From an uncultured Bacilli bacterium (GTDB taxonomy: Bacteria; Bacillota_I; Bacilli_A; RF39; UBA660): 64,000 nucleotides of DNA. The stretch covers positions 75,426 to 139,425 of the forward strand of contig CAKPFG010000001.1 of NCBI GenBank assembly GCA_934153675.1, in the 5' to 3' direction. The notes beneath the pieces were generated by a model. The model had not been told where the DNA came from. It was given only the letters and a program-made list of their open reading frames with translations, and did not search any database. The translations under genes were made by a program, and so were the position numbers. Shown here in pieces: positions 1 to 9,436 of the stretch. Numbering within the stretch: position 1 is the stretch's first letter; each line of letters starts with the position of its first letter.

Positions 1-1
1 A

Positions 2-856
2 AGTAATAATAAATTACCAGAAGATTATCAAACTTTAAAGTTAGATTATAATTTAAAAAGTATCAAATGTAATGTTACCATTAATTATGATGGTACGGTA
101 TATTTAACAGAATGTATTCTTGATAAAAAAGAAGTAAAAGATTCAAATAATGAAGATGGATATTATCACTATGGTAAGCTTCAAAAAAAAGCCTATAAAA
201 TAGGCGATGAAGTCACATATAACGGTATTAATTTTTATGTTATAGAAAATAGTGATGAGAATAGTGATTCTGTAACACTACTAAAGGAAGAACCATTAAC
301 AGTAGCTGAAGTAAATAAATATGGCGGAGTAGGAACAGAAAATAACCACGTTAATATGTATGCAGCAAGGGATACAGGTGCCTCAAATTATCAAAAAGCC
401 TATGATAATAATGGATACGGAGGAATGGCATACTATTCAAGTTCAACATGTGGATATAATGGTTCTAAATGGATATCTGATGGATGTACGACAGATTATG
501 CAAAGAGTGAAGTAAAATATGTAGTTGATGCATGGGCCTTAGATAAACTAAAGGCAAGTGACCTAAAAGAGGATAAAACCGGCTATAGTGTAAGATTAAT
601 AACGTTGGATGACTTAGTAGATAATTTAGGATATGGCGATAATGGATACGGTGGAATAGAAATGTCACAAAATGGAGAAACCCCAAGTTGGTTATATAAT
701 GGTAAATATTATTATTATTGGACGATGAGTCGATATAGCACTTCCACTTCTCGCGTGTGGTATGTGAGCGACGGTGTCGGCGTGTACAACTACGATGTGT
801 ATTTCAACAGAGAAGCCGTGCGCCCTGTTATAACCATAAAAAAATCTGCTATCTAA
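2..856 (+). CDS. Prepilin-like/DUF1566-like surface protein, 5'-truncated by the window edge; paralog of 1159..2199; carries putative DGR variable region at its 3' end
   Basis: Frame 2 is open from base 2 through the stop at 854-856; the ORF-track start at 356 is internal. It shares near-identical blocks with the next gene (YHYGK..YKIGDE.TYNGINFYVIENSDE, DYNGYGGMAYYSSSTCGYNGS, VRPVITIKKSAI). Motifs 'GYSVRLITLDDL' and 'YYWTMS' resemble DUF1566 / Lcl C-terminal domain. Confidence 0.6.
   Translation, partial: SNNKLPEDYQTLKLDYNLKSIKCNVTINYDGTVYLTECILDKKEVKDSNNEDGYYHYGKLQKKAYKIGDEVTYNGINFYVIENSDENSDSVTLLKEEPLTVAEVNKYGGVGTENNHVNMYAARDTGASNYQKAYDNNGYGGMAYYSSSTCGYNGSKWISDGCTTDYAKSEVKYVVDAWALDKLKASDLKEDKTGYSVRLITLDDLVDNLGYGDNGYGGIEMSQNGETPSWLYNGKYYYYWTMSRYSTSTSRVWYVSDGVGVYNYDVYFNREAVRPVITIKKSAI
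731..829 (+). other. Putative DGR variable region VR1 (core; may extend upstream to ~690)
   Basis: Locally GC-rich stretch of NNC/NNT codons (cgc tat agc gac ggt gtc ggc tac aac ...) in an otherwise AT-rich gene. Differences from the paralogous segment at 2074..2172 are confined almost entirely to codon positions 1-2. The 3' flank is identical in both copies. Confidence 0.5.
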
Positions 857-1158
857 AAAGAAGGATAACAGAAATTAAAAAAGTAGAAAAGCTAAAAATA
901 TATTGTAAATGATACTTAATAATTTATAATAATTTGTTCACAAATTATTGTGATAGATAGCTTTGCTGTGATGAGCGATTTGCTATTTATAATATAGGGA
1001 GTAGTCTTACTAATATTTAAAAGAACTTTCAATAATTTATAAGTTATTGAAAGTTTTATTTATACAAAGGTAGTAATTATTACTACGATTTTTTATTTTG
1101 AAGTGGTAGCTTTTTTTAATTAATTATGCTATTATGAATACATAAGGTAGGAGGATAT

Positions 1159-2199
1159 ATGAAAAATAAAAAAGCATTTACATTAATAGAATTAATAGCC
1201 GTATTAGTAATACTAGCTATATTAGCACTAATAGTAACCCCAATTGTATTAAATATCGTAAAACACGCTAAGGAATCAGCTAATAAAAGAAGTGTTGATG
1301 CATACGGAAAAAGTATAGAACTTGCTGTAGCTAATTACTTACTAGATAAAGGAGAATTTCCAACAAACATAAGTGATTTAGAAATTGAATATTCAGGTAA
1401 AGAGGTTGTATGTAATATTTCCCTATTAAATGAAGATTCAAGTGTATACTTATCAGAATGCAAAGTAGGAAGTAGTGATGTAAAGGATAAAAATACTAGC
1501 GATGGATGGTATCACTATGGTAAGAGTACTAAAGTAACTTATAAAGCCTATAAAATAGGCGATGAAATCACATATAATGGTATTAATTTTTATGTTATAG
1601 AAAATAGTGATGAGACTAGTGATTCTGTAACCCTATTAAAAGCAGAACCATTAACAGTAGCTGAAGTAAATAAATATGGTGGAGTAGGAACAGAAAATAA
1701 CCATGTGAATAAAAATACCTCTGAATCAAAGGGAACAGCCGATGATTATAATGGATACGGAGGAATGGCATATTATTCAAGTTCAACATGTGGATATAAT
1801 GGTTCTACTAATTGGATATCTGATGGATGTACGACAGATTATGCAAAAAGTGAAGTAAAATATGTAGTAGATGCCTGGGTATTAGATAAACTAAAGATAA
1901 GTGACTTAAAAGAGGATAAAACCGGCTATAGTGCAAGATTATTAAGTCATGATGATTTAATTATAAATTTAGGATATATAGATAGTCTAGACACGGGTAA
2001 AACAAATCCATCAAGCAATGGAGAAACCCCAAGTTGGGTATATAATAGTAACTATTGGTATTGGACCATGAGTCAATATGGAGATTCCGCTTCTTGCGTG
2101 TGGCATGTGCTCGGCAATGGCCACGTGGGCTTCTACGGTGTGCATTACTACGAAGGTACCGTGCGTCCTGTTATAACCATAAAAAAATCTGCTATCTAA
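1159..2199 (+). CDS. Prepilin-type N-terminal cleavage/methylation domain protein with C-terminal DUF1566-like domain; putative DGR target
   Basis: N-terminus MKNKKAFTLIELIAVLVILAILALI matches the type IV pilin/pseudopilin class III signal (cleavage after G/A-F-T-L-I-E). RBS aggagg precedes the ATG. The C-terminus parallels gene 1 and ends in the same VRPVITIKKSAI. Confidence 0.75.
   Translation: MKNKKAFTLIELIAVLVILAILALIVTPIVLNIVKHAKESANKRSVDAYGKSIELAVANYLLDKGEFPTNISDLEIEYSGKEVVCNISLLNEDSSVYLSECKVGSSDVKDKNTSDGWYHYGKSTKVTYKAYKIGDEITYNGINFYVIENSDETSDSVTLLKAEPLTVAEVNKYGGVGTENNHVNKNTSESKGTADDYNGYGGMAYYSSSTCGYNGSTNWISDGCTTDYAKSEVKYVVDAWVLDKLKISDLKEDKTGYSARLLSHDDLIINLGYIDSLDTGKTNPSSNGETPSWVYNSNYWYWTMSQYGDSASCVWHVLGNGHVGFYGVHYYEGTVRPVITIKKSAI
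2074..2172 (+). other. Putative DGR variable region VR2 (core)
   Basis: Codon-for-codon alignment with 731..829: tgc/cgc, cat/tat, ctc/agc, ggc/gac, aat/ggt, ggc/gtc, cac/ggc, ggc/tac, ttc/aac, ggt/gat, cat/tat, tac/ttc, tac/aac, acc/gcc. Third positions are conserved and the segment is GC-rich. Confidence 0.5.
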
Positions 2200-2676
2200 A
2201 AAGAAGAATAACAAAAATTAAATAAGTAGAAAAGCTAACTGGTTAGTGGACAGTCTTAGATAGAGTATGTAATATAAAGGAGAAACAAGGGTAAAAATCC
2301 GGCCAGTGAGCTTGGATATGCCCTTGTTTAAATTTTAGAAAATAAAAAAAGCATACTATAAAAATTATTCAATAAAAATTGAATTTAAATTTATTATTAT
2401 GACAATATAAAAATTATGAATCATAGAGAACAAAATATAATTGTATATTTCTTAACGAATTAAAAACTAGATGAAAAAGGGTAAGCCCAGTATTAAAAAG
2501 ATAAAGAATACGAATTCTTTTTCTATTAGAGGAAGTGCGAGTAGAAATTTTTACATTTTTATAGCATTTCATTTTTTTTGCAAAATCAGATCTTAGTAAT
2601 GTAAGATAAAGAGAAACAGTACATAGAATAGAGTACATAGATTCAAAATATTTTAAAGATGCATTAACAGTTTTTT

Positions 2677-3278
2677 CTAGATAAAATCTATTAGATTTCT
2701 AAATTTTAAAAAGGCATTCAATACCACCAAAACGATACTGTAATCTTTTATAGAACGGTTAAGATTTTTAGCGTAAACAGGAACCCAAGGCTCATTAGTG
2801 TCAATAGAATCACTGATTATAATATTATTAGTATATTTAGAGTCTGTAATTTGAATTTTTTCGTATTTGATAGTACGATATTTGTATCTAGGCAAGTTTT
2901 GTAGAATTTTCCAAACTTTGTGGTCTTCATGTTTCATTAAGCCAGTAGAATTAAACCAACGATTAGCTAAGAAAATCAGTTCAAAATCGTCAGGAAAAAG
3001 ATTTGAAACATAAGAAATACCTTCTTTTATAAATTTTTCTTTAAAAGCGTCATGGCAATCTTTTTCTCGAAACAACGAAACCAAATAGGTATACCTTGTT
3101 TACCAATACGTATAGAAATCATGAAAACAGTATAATTATCATGAGAAAACATATAATCAAAAATAATATGAATTCTTTTATCGTTATGTTTCTTCTTGTA
3201 TGTTGAAATTACATACTTAATAACGAAGTTGAAACTCTTAAAGTTATAGCAAAAGAATTTATATTCAATAAAATTCAT
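2677..3278 (-). pseudogene. Frameshifted hypothetical gene: two overlapping minus-strand ORFs (3278..3027 and 3084..2677) read the same DNA in different frames
   Basis: The ORF ending FRCFEKKIAMTLLKKNL* and the ORF starting MVSLFREKDCHDAFKEKF overlap at 3027..3084, consistent with a single ~200-aa gene disrupted by a frameshift. No recognisable domain and no RT motifs. Confidence 0.3.
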
Positions 3279-3655
3279 ATCATCTATTTTTTCTTTGCTT
3301 TTTCATTTTTTCTTTAATAATTCCATTTACCTAATTTAGATTATTTTTGTTAATTATTAAATTGCTATAACTACCAGATATATATGTTTCAATTTTTGCT
3401 ATACTGGTTATTTTGTAATATGCCGCGTCAATTGATTTTTGAATGAGTAAATCTTTATTTATAAATGTTTCTTATAATATAACTCACTACGAGATAAGTA
3501 TAACATTTTTCTTTTAAATCACCAATTATTAATCATATTATTAATTATATTTATATTATCTTTCATTGATAAATTTGTCTGTTTTTGTTATAATGTCATT
3601 AGTTGATAGTATTAAGATATGCTTTTAGAAATTAATTGAAGGAAAGGACTTAAAG

Positions 3656-4429
3656 ATGGTAAATTATAATGATATTTTGAGGGAATTGTTTAATTATTAT
3701 CAAAGTATTTATCTCTATATCGAAAATGAGTATAGAATGATAATAGGTATTGATGATTTAATCATAAATTTCAAAAATGATTTTTCCATTTCTTCAGTTG
3801 AACAAGATGGTTTTATCAAGTATGATTATAATAATAAAAAATTTTTATTAAACTATAATAGTGGTATAAATAAATATAATAGTTTAACAAGAGAAAATTT
3901 TAAATTAAGTGCAAATGATAAATATAATAATAATATTTTTGATTATTATTCTAAAGATGATATATCATCAATAATACAGTTAAATAATATAAAATTTATT
4001 GATTATGTTAAAAGTGAATTTTTGAAAGAATATTTTACTAAAATCATTCATGTTATAAGTAAGGATAAAATGGAATATAGTGATGATTTTGGCAATTATT
4101 CTAAAAATAATGGTTACTATTTTAATCAAGTAATTTGTGAAATAGAATCTAGAATGTTTACAAAAAAGTATTATTTATTGTCTGTTCCTAGAACTTTGGG
4201 TAATAAAAAAATCATAAATATTGCTAGAAATCTTTTAAATAATAAAATAACAAGAGAGTTAATTTTAACTAAAAATGATAATTTATTGTTTCAATCATTA
4301 AAAAATAGTATGAAAGATTATATTACACAATATGAATATAATTGTTTTGAACAAGAATTTAAAATAAACTCAGGAACGTTGAATTATGAAATATATAATA
4401 GTATATTTAATAAAACATCCAAAGAATAA
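3656..4429 (+). CDS. Hypothetical protein (257 aa), N/K/Y-rich, no recognisable domain
   Basis: Long ORF with an RBS-like aaggaaaggac upstream; no motif recognised. Confidence 0.45.
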   Translation: MVNYNDILRELFNYYQSIYLYIENEYRMIIGIDDLIINFKNDFSISSVEQDGFIKYDYNNKKFLLNYNSGINKYNSLTRENFKLSANDKYNNNIFDYYSKDDISSIIQLNNIKFIDYVKSEFLKEYFTKIIHVISKDKMEYSDDFGNYSKNNGYYFNQVICEIESRMFTKKYYLLSVPRTLGNKKIINIARNLLNNKITRELILTKNDNLLFQSLKNSMKDYITQYEYNCFEQEFKINSGTLNYEIYNSIFNKTSKE

Positions 4430-4592
4430 AAAAAATTTAGTAACATGATTTTAGAAATGAAAAAAGGTCATAATTTTAGAAAAAATATTTTGTTTGAACC
4501 GATTAATTCATTTGGTTTTGCAAATAATATTTTATTATTATATTATTTGTGACATTGATTTTTAGAATTATAATTATAGGAGGTTAAGTACA

Positions 4593-7500
4593 ATGACTGC
4601 AGATGAAGTAAGTGTTTTGTTAAAAAAATTAATTCAAGATTTAAAAAATATTATAGATGATGTAAAGCAGTCTGATAATTATTGTAAATTAGAATCTAAA
4701 ATTGAACAATTTGATAATTTACCTGATACGGATGAAAATGAAAAACTGAAAGATCAATTATATGATAGGCAAGATTTATTAATAGAAAATGCAGTTAATA
4801 GTTTTCTTTCAAAAATACCTAAAAATCAGATAAAGGATATATTATTAACTTTAACACCAGAATTTATAGAAAGTAATCATTTAACTTTTGCAAATAATTT
4901 TGTTGACAGCGAATTTAAAATGATAATACAATACTTTATAGAGCATTTGGAAGATTTGAATCATCAATTTTATAACTCTTTACTTACTAATGATAGATTT
5001 ATTACATCTATTGAGCCTTCTGTTTCTTTAATTAATTCATTAATTAGTCATACAAATGATGAACAATCGATTTTATATTTTTTACAAAAGTATAGTAATA
5101 ATTTTGGTAAAGCAGATGTTAAAATAGATGATTTTAATATAAATTGTAATACAGAATTTGGAATTATTATTTTTAATATAATTAATTCTTTTAATTATTC
5201 TGAACAATTTAAACTTAGATTATTAAATGATAGTAATTTTCTTCCTTATTTAAGTGAATTTTCAATAAAGCAAATAATTATGCAATCTAATTTACCTCAA
5301 AAAAAGAGATATGATTTTTTATTAACTGAAAGTGTATTTGAGAGATTATCAAATTTTAATTTTTCTGAAGTATTAAGTTCATTATGTAATAATATTAACG
5401 ATTTAATTTTACTTTTAGATAATAAAAAGCTATATGACAAAATAAATTTTGGTTATCTTTTAGGTAATGTCAGAATTAACGAAGAAAGTTTGTCTATAAT
5501 TCTAAACGATGATAGGATTATGAAAAAAATGGATTGGCTAAATATAGAAACATTTTTAAAAGTAAATCCTTATATAGATTTTGAATTAAAAAAGAAAATA
5601 TTATTTAATGAAAAAATATATGGTAGGTTAAATGATTTAGCTGTTGCAAATATATTAACTTCTAAATATTTGACGAAAGAACAAAGAAAAGAATTGTTGG
5701 ATAATCCTAATATTGCAGTTTTTTTAAAAAGTGTAGATGTCATAAGTACATTATTAGAAGAGAACACTTTATCATTAGAAGAGAAAATTTCAATTATTAA
5801 AAACAAGAGATTTGTACAATATATTGATAATAGAATACTAGAAAAATTTATGATGAATCCAAATTTAGAATTATCTATAGCTACTGATATTATTTCAGAT
5901 AAACGATTATTCTATCTATTGATTGATGAATATAATGAAGAATATAATCCAAAGAATACTAATAATAAGGGCCCATTTAAATATGATAAATATGAATATA
6001 TGCAAATGTTGCTGAAAAATAACCCTTATTTAGCACGAACTTTTTCTTTTGAATTGTTAAAAGATGATATTTTAGATTTAGGTTATGACTTTATTGAGAA
6101 AATAAGCAGATACCCACAAACGGCACGTAAAATAGCATCGATGTATGGACATTTTAGTTCTCCTTTAATTTTTGAACAAATGAGTAGAGTAATTATGAAT
6201 TCTGTATATGCTTCAGAAATTGATGTTAATTTATTTATTAATAAATTAATTGAAATGAATAATGATAATTCTCATTATAACAAAGATGTAAAAAAGAGGA
6301 AGAAATTATCAACAATAAGACATAATGCACATCTTGATTGGAATCAAATGACACCTGAGAGATGGAAGATACTTACTGAAGTTGGATTGAGAGATATTAG
6401 TTCTTATTATAATGGAATTAGTATGACTATGTTTGGCGTGATTAAAGATGATGTAGATATATCTTTGAATATTTTGCCGGATATAAATAATATGTATGAT
6501 ATAGATAATTTTTATCAACGTAGATTATTATTATGTGATGAGGTGTTTCAAAAATGTTTAAATAACAATGACTTAAATGGTGCAATTAATGTATATTTAA
6601 ACAAATATTTTAGTATTAATATCCAAGAAGCAGAGCAAATAGTAAGAATGTATGGAACATCCATTGATCAATTTAGTAGTAATAAAAATTATGATATGCA
6701 AGTTAAATATGTAAAAAGCATAAAAAAAATTTTGGAAATAACAAAAATTAGGACTATTAAACAGTGTTATATGGATAGTAATATTCAACCGTTATCATTT
6801 GATGAAAATATATATATTGACCAATCTATTAGAAAAATATTTAGTAAGAATATATCCGATAGTACATTTAAAATTGATAGTAATATGCAGCCGACTTTTA
6901 TAGAAATACCATTTAATATTAATGGGGCAGGCGTTATACAAAAAATACCTGTCTATGAAGTAGGATTGGATTTTAAAATGTTAATTCATAGTACGGATGC
7001 CTATGGATCAATGGAATTAATAAATAATAATTATTTTGATTCTTGGAATAAAAGTGGTAGAAAAAGTAATCATGGAATATGTTGTTCATTTATATCAAAT
7101 GATAATATGGGGATGGCAGCAGTTAATGATGTTTTATTTGGTTTTTCAAGTTGGGATGAAAAAGCTATGATGAAAATTGCTCCATATGATATATATTCTT
7201 ATAATGATGAATATGAGATACAAGAAGGTAGACCATTAACTTTTATGTCTGCCCAAGATATTATTAATAATACACGTCATACACATAATGAGATGTCTTT
7301 AGAAAGATTTGAATTAAGAGATAATTTAAGGACACCTGAATGTCAGTACATTCAACCAAGTTATGTTATTATATATAGCGATATGAGTGATGTGATAAAA
7401 GCAAAGGCCGTTAAATGTTCAAATGAAATGAATATTCCAATTGTATATTTAGATAAAGAAAAAATTGTTTCTAATGAGGTTGCTAAAATTGACAAAAAGA

Positions 7501-8651
7501 TTGCTGAATTATATTCAATAGATACTAATATTGAAAGAAAATTGCAGTTAGTAGAGCAAATACTAGTATCACATGAAAACAATAGAAGTGGGTTAAGAAT
7601 GACAAATAGTGATTGGGTAGAACAGTATTTTCCAACTTTAAAAATAAAAAAGGTATTTACTGATTTAATAATTTATATGCAACAGGAATATAAAAGAACA
7701 CAAGATATTAGTCTTTATTCTCGATATAGTTTAATGTTAATGGATATTTTAGATAAAGAAAATGAGAAATTTAATGTAGCAATGGAGAATGTTCAAAGAA
7801 AAAATTATATTGATATACCAATAGATGATTATAAAAAATTACTGATGCGATTTATAAATACTAATTTTTGTCATACTAATATTCCAAAATTAGAAACAAT
7901 TGTTCAAAGTTCAAAAAATGATGATTTAAATACTCCATTATCTGAAACACTGAAAACAATTGATATTGATGAAATACGTAAGATAACAACAGATATGATT
8001 CAGAAGAAATTGTATGTTAATGATGGCAAAAATCATAATATAGGTCATATTGAAAGAGTAATATTATTATCAAAATTAATAGGAAATAATGAATTGAAAA
8101 CTGAAGATGAAAAAATAGATAAACATGCAGTTGGGTTATTAATTGAATGTGCTAAGTATCACGATTGTGGTCGATTGAATGATAATATTGATAAAAATCA
8201 CGGTAAAAAAAGTGCTGAAAAAATGGATGAGTTTTTAGCAAAAGATGGATATTCTGATGAAGACAGAAAAATTATGCAAATTGTAGTAGAATATCATGAA
8301 ATGAAAGATGATGATTTTAGATTTGAAAAATTGTGTGAGAAGTACAATTTGAATAAAAATAAAATAGAATATGTCAAAAAAATTGCCAATTGTTTAAAGG
8401 ATGCAGATGCATTAGATAGAACTAGATTTAAAAATCCAAACGCTAAATTAGATAGAGATTTATTAAGATTGTCGTCATCAAAAGATTTTGTATTAATAGC
8501 GGAAATGTTAAATCGTGAATATCAAATTATTGATAGAAAGCAGTTTGAACATTTATGTAATCAAATAGCAAAAGAACAAAGTATATTAAATAATAATAAT
8601 TTAGTAAATAATGATAAAATTGACCAAATGAAACATGAAAGGAAAATATAA
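4593..8651 (+). CDS. Very large (1352 aa) protein with C-terminal HD-domain phosphohydrolase
   Basis: RBS aggagg 7 nt upstream. C-terminal motifs HNIGHIERV ... AKYHDCGR ... VVEYHE ... DALDRT match the HD superfamily (H..HD..H..D). The N-terminal ~1100 aa are helical repeats of unknown function. A cysteine/histidine-containing segment (NHGICCSF..THNE) sits mid-protein. Confidence 0.7.
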   Translation: MTADEVSVLLKKLIQDLKNIIDDVKQSDNYCKLESKIEQFDNLPDTDENEKLKDQLYDRQDLLIENAVNSFLSKIPKNQIKDILLTLTPEFIESNHLTFANNFVDSEFKMIIQYFIEHLEDLNHQFYNSLLTNDRFITSIEPSVSLINSLISHTNDEQSILYFLQKYSNNFGKADVKIDDFNINCNTEFGIIIFNIINSFNYSEQFKLRLLNDSNFLPYLSEFSIKQIIMQSNLPQKKRYDFLLTESVFERLSNFNFSEVLSSLCNNINDLILLLDNKKLYDKINFGYLLGNVRINEESLSIILNDDRIMKKMDWLNIETFLKVNPYIDFELKKKILFNEKIYGRLNDLAVANILTSKYLTKEQRKELLDNPNIAVFLKSVDVISTLLEENTLSLEEKISIIKNKRFVQYIDNRILEKFMMNPNLELSIATDIISDKRLFYLLIDEYNEEYNPKNTNNKGPFKYDKYEYMQMLLKNNPYLARTFSFELLKDDILDLGYDFIEKISRYPQTARKIASMYGHFSSPLIFEQMSRVIMNSVYASEIDVNLFINKLIEMNNDNSHYNKDVKKRKKLSTIRHNAHLDWNQMTPERWKILTEVGLRDISSYYNGISMTMFGVIKDDVDISLNILPDINNMYDIDNFYQRRLLLCDEVFQKCLNNNDLNGAINVYLNKYFSINIQEAEQIVRMYGTSIDQFSSNKNYDMQVKYVKSIKKILEITKIRTIKQCYMDSNIQPLSFDENIYIDQSIRKIFSKNISDSTFKIDSNMQPTFIEIPFNINGAGVIQKIPVYEVGLDFKMLIHSTDAYGSMELINNNYFDSWNKSGRKSNHGICCSFISNDNMGMAAVNDVLFGFSSWDEKAMMKIAPYDIYSYNDEYEIQEGRPLTFMSAQDIINNTRHTHNEMSLERFELRDNLRTPECQYIQPSYVIIYSDMSDVIKAKAVKCSNEMNIPIVYLDKEKIVSNEVAKIDKKIAELYSIDTNIERKLQLVEQILVSHENNRSGLRMTNSDWVEQYFPTLKIKKVFTDLIIYMQQEYKRTQDISLYSRYSLMLMDILDKENEKFNVAMENVQRKNYIDIPIDDYKKLLMRFINTNFCHTNIPKLETIVQSSKNDDLNTPLSETLKTIDIDEIRKITTDMIQKKLYVNDGKNHNIGHIERVILLSKLIGNNELKTEDEKIDKHAVGLLIECAKYHDCGRLNDNIDKNHGKKSAEKMDEFLAKDGYSDEDRKIMQIVVEYHEMKDDDFRFEKLCEKYNLNKNKIEYVKKIANCLKDADALDRTRFKNPNAKLDRDLLRLSSSKDFVLIAEMLNREYQIIDRKQFEHLCNQIAKEQSILNNNNLVNNDKIDQMKHERKI

Positions 8652-8848
8652 TGAATTATACAAATGAAATAGATAATAATAAAGATGTACAAAAAGCTGA
8701 TAATTCAAATCAAACTAAATATTTTGAGTATAATGTTAAAAATAAAATAATTACAAAATTAATTGAAATTGATAAAAGTATTGATCAGTCTTATATTGAT
8801 AATAATGAAAGAATTAACACTATAAAAATGATTTATAAAAAATGGTAA
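8651..8848 (+). CDS. Small hypothetical protein (65 aa), translationally coupled to the HD-domain gene (ATGA overlap)
   Basis: Start overlaps the stop of the upstream gene (taATGa); no recognisable domain. Confidence 0.35.
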   Translation: MNYTNEIDNNKDVQKADNSNQTKYFEYNVKNKIITKLIEIDKSIDQSYIDNNERINTIKMIYKKW

Positions 8849-8878
8849 CATTTGTTATAATGATTATAGGAGGAATTT

Positions 8879-9367
8879 ATGATTTATACAAGTAGTCATG
8901 ATGCTTTTAAAACAAATAAATATATAACATATGCGATTTCTGGTAATCGTGGTAAAGAGGCTAATTACGAAGGAAATTGTTATCCTAAATTGGCACCAAA
9001 ATTATCATTTTGGAAAGTATGGCATGATAATATAGGAATTATTCCTGAAAAACAAAACAATGAATATTATATTAGAAAATACTGGGAGATGGTTTTATCA
9101 AAATTAGATGTAGTAAAAACTTACCGTGAACTTGATAATTCAGTTTTACTTTGTTATGAAAAAAATATAGATTTTTGTCATAGGCATATTGTTTCAGCGT
9201 GGTTCGAAATTTTTTTATCTGTTCAAGTTTATGAAGTTAAAGCACATAATTCTATTATAGAATTTGTAGAAAAGCCTGATTATATAAAAAAATATTTATA
9301 TGAAATTATCAAAAATATAGATTTAGAAAAAAGTGATAATATAAAAATTCTTACTAAACATAAGTAA
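8879..9367 (+). CDS. DUF488-family protein
   Basis: RBS aggagg; MIYT..H N-terminus and a C-terminal LLCYEKNIDFCHRHIVSAW block (C....CHR) typical of DUF488 (PF04343; YeaO-like). Confidence 0.55.
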   Translation: MIYTSSHDAFKTNKYITYAISGNRGKEANYEGNCYPKLAPKLSFWKVWHDNIGIIPEKQNNEYYIRKYWEMVLSKLDVVKTYRELDNSVLLCYEKNIDFCHRHIVSAWFEIFLSVQVYEVKAHNSIIEFVEKPDYIKKYLYEIIKNIDLEKSDNIKILTKHK

Positions 9368-9436
9368 AACAATATTCTTTTTTATAAAAAATATGAAGAT
9401 TAATAAAAATTATGATATAATAAATATGGTGATATC

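Noticed and set aside
465-686. Antisense ORFs inside larger genes (465..686-, 2011..2214-, 5570..5806-, 6309..6518-, 6597..6788-, 7361..7582-, 14268..14567-, 15558..16256-, 17404..17619-, 19476..19664-, 22514..22723-, 23053..23466-, 28740..29075-, 33135..33320-, 36312..36509-, 40375..40578-, 42539..42847-, 43463..43819+, 44110..44295-, 45371..46091-, 46509..46865-, 48095..48388-, 50730..52062-, 52483..52701-, 53945..54757-, 55713..55910-, 61787..62050-)
   Set aside because: Each lies entirely within, and antisense or out of frame to, a well-supported longer gene with recognisable domains. They lack RBSs and have low-complexity composition typical of AT-rich shadow ORFs.
2414-2638. 74-aa minus-strand ORF in the intergenic region after the pilin-like genes
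   Set aside because: No RBS, low-complexity product and no partner features; likely spurious in AT-rich intergenic DNA.
2677-3278. Possibility that the frameshifted gene next to the DGR targets is the DGR reverse transcriptase or Avd
   Set aside because: Neither half contains the RT fingers/palm motifs (no YxDD) or an Avd-like basic four-helix pattern; the size is also too small for an RT.
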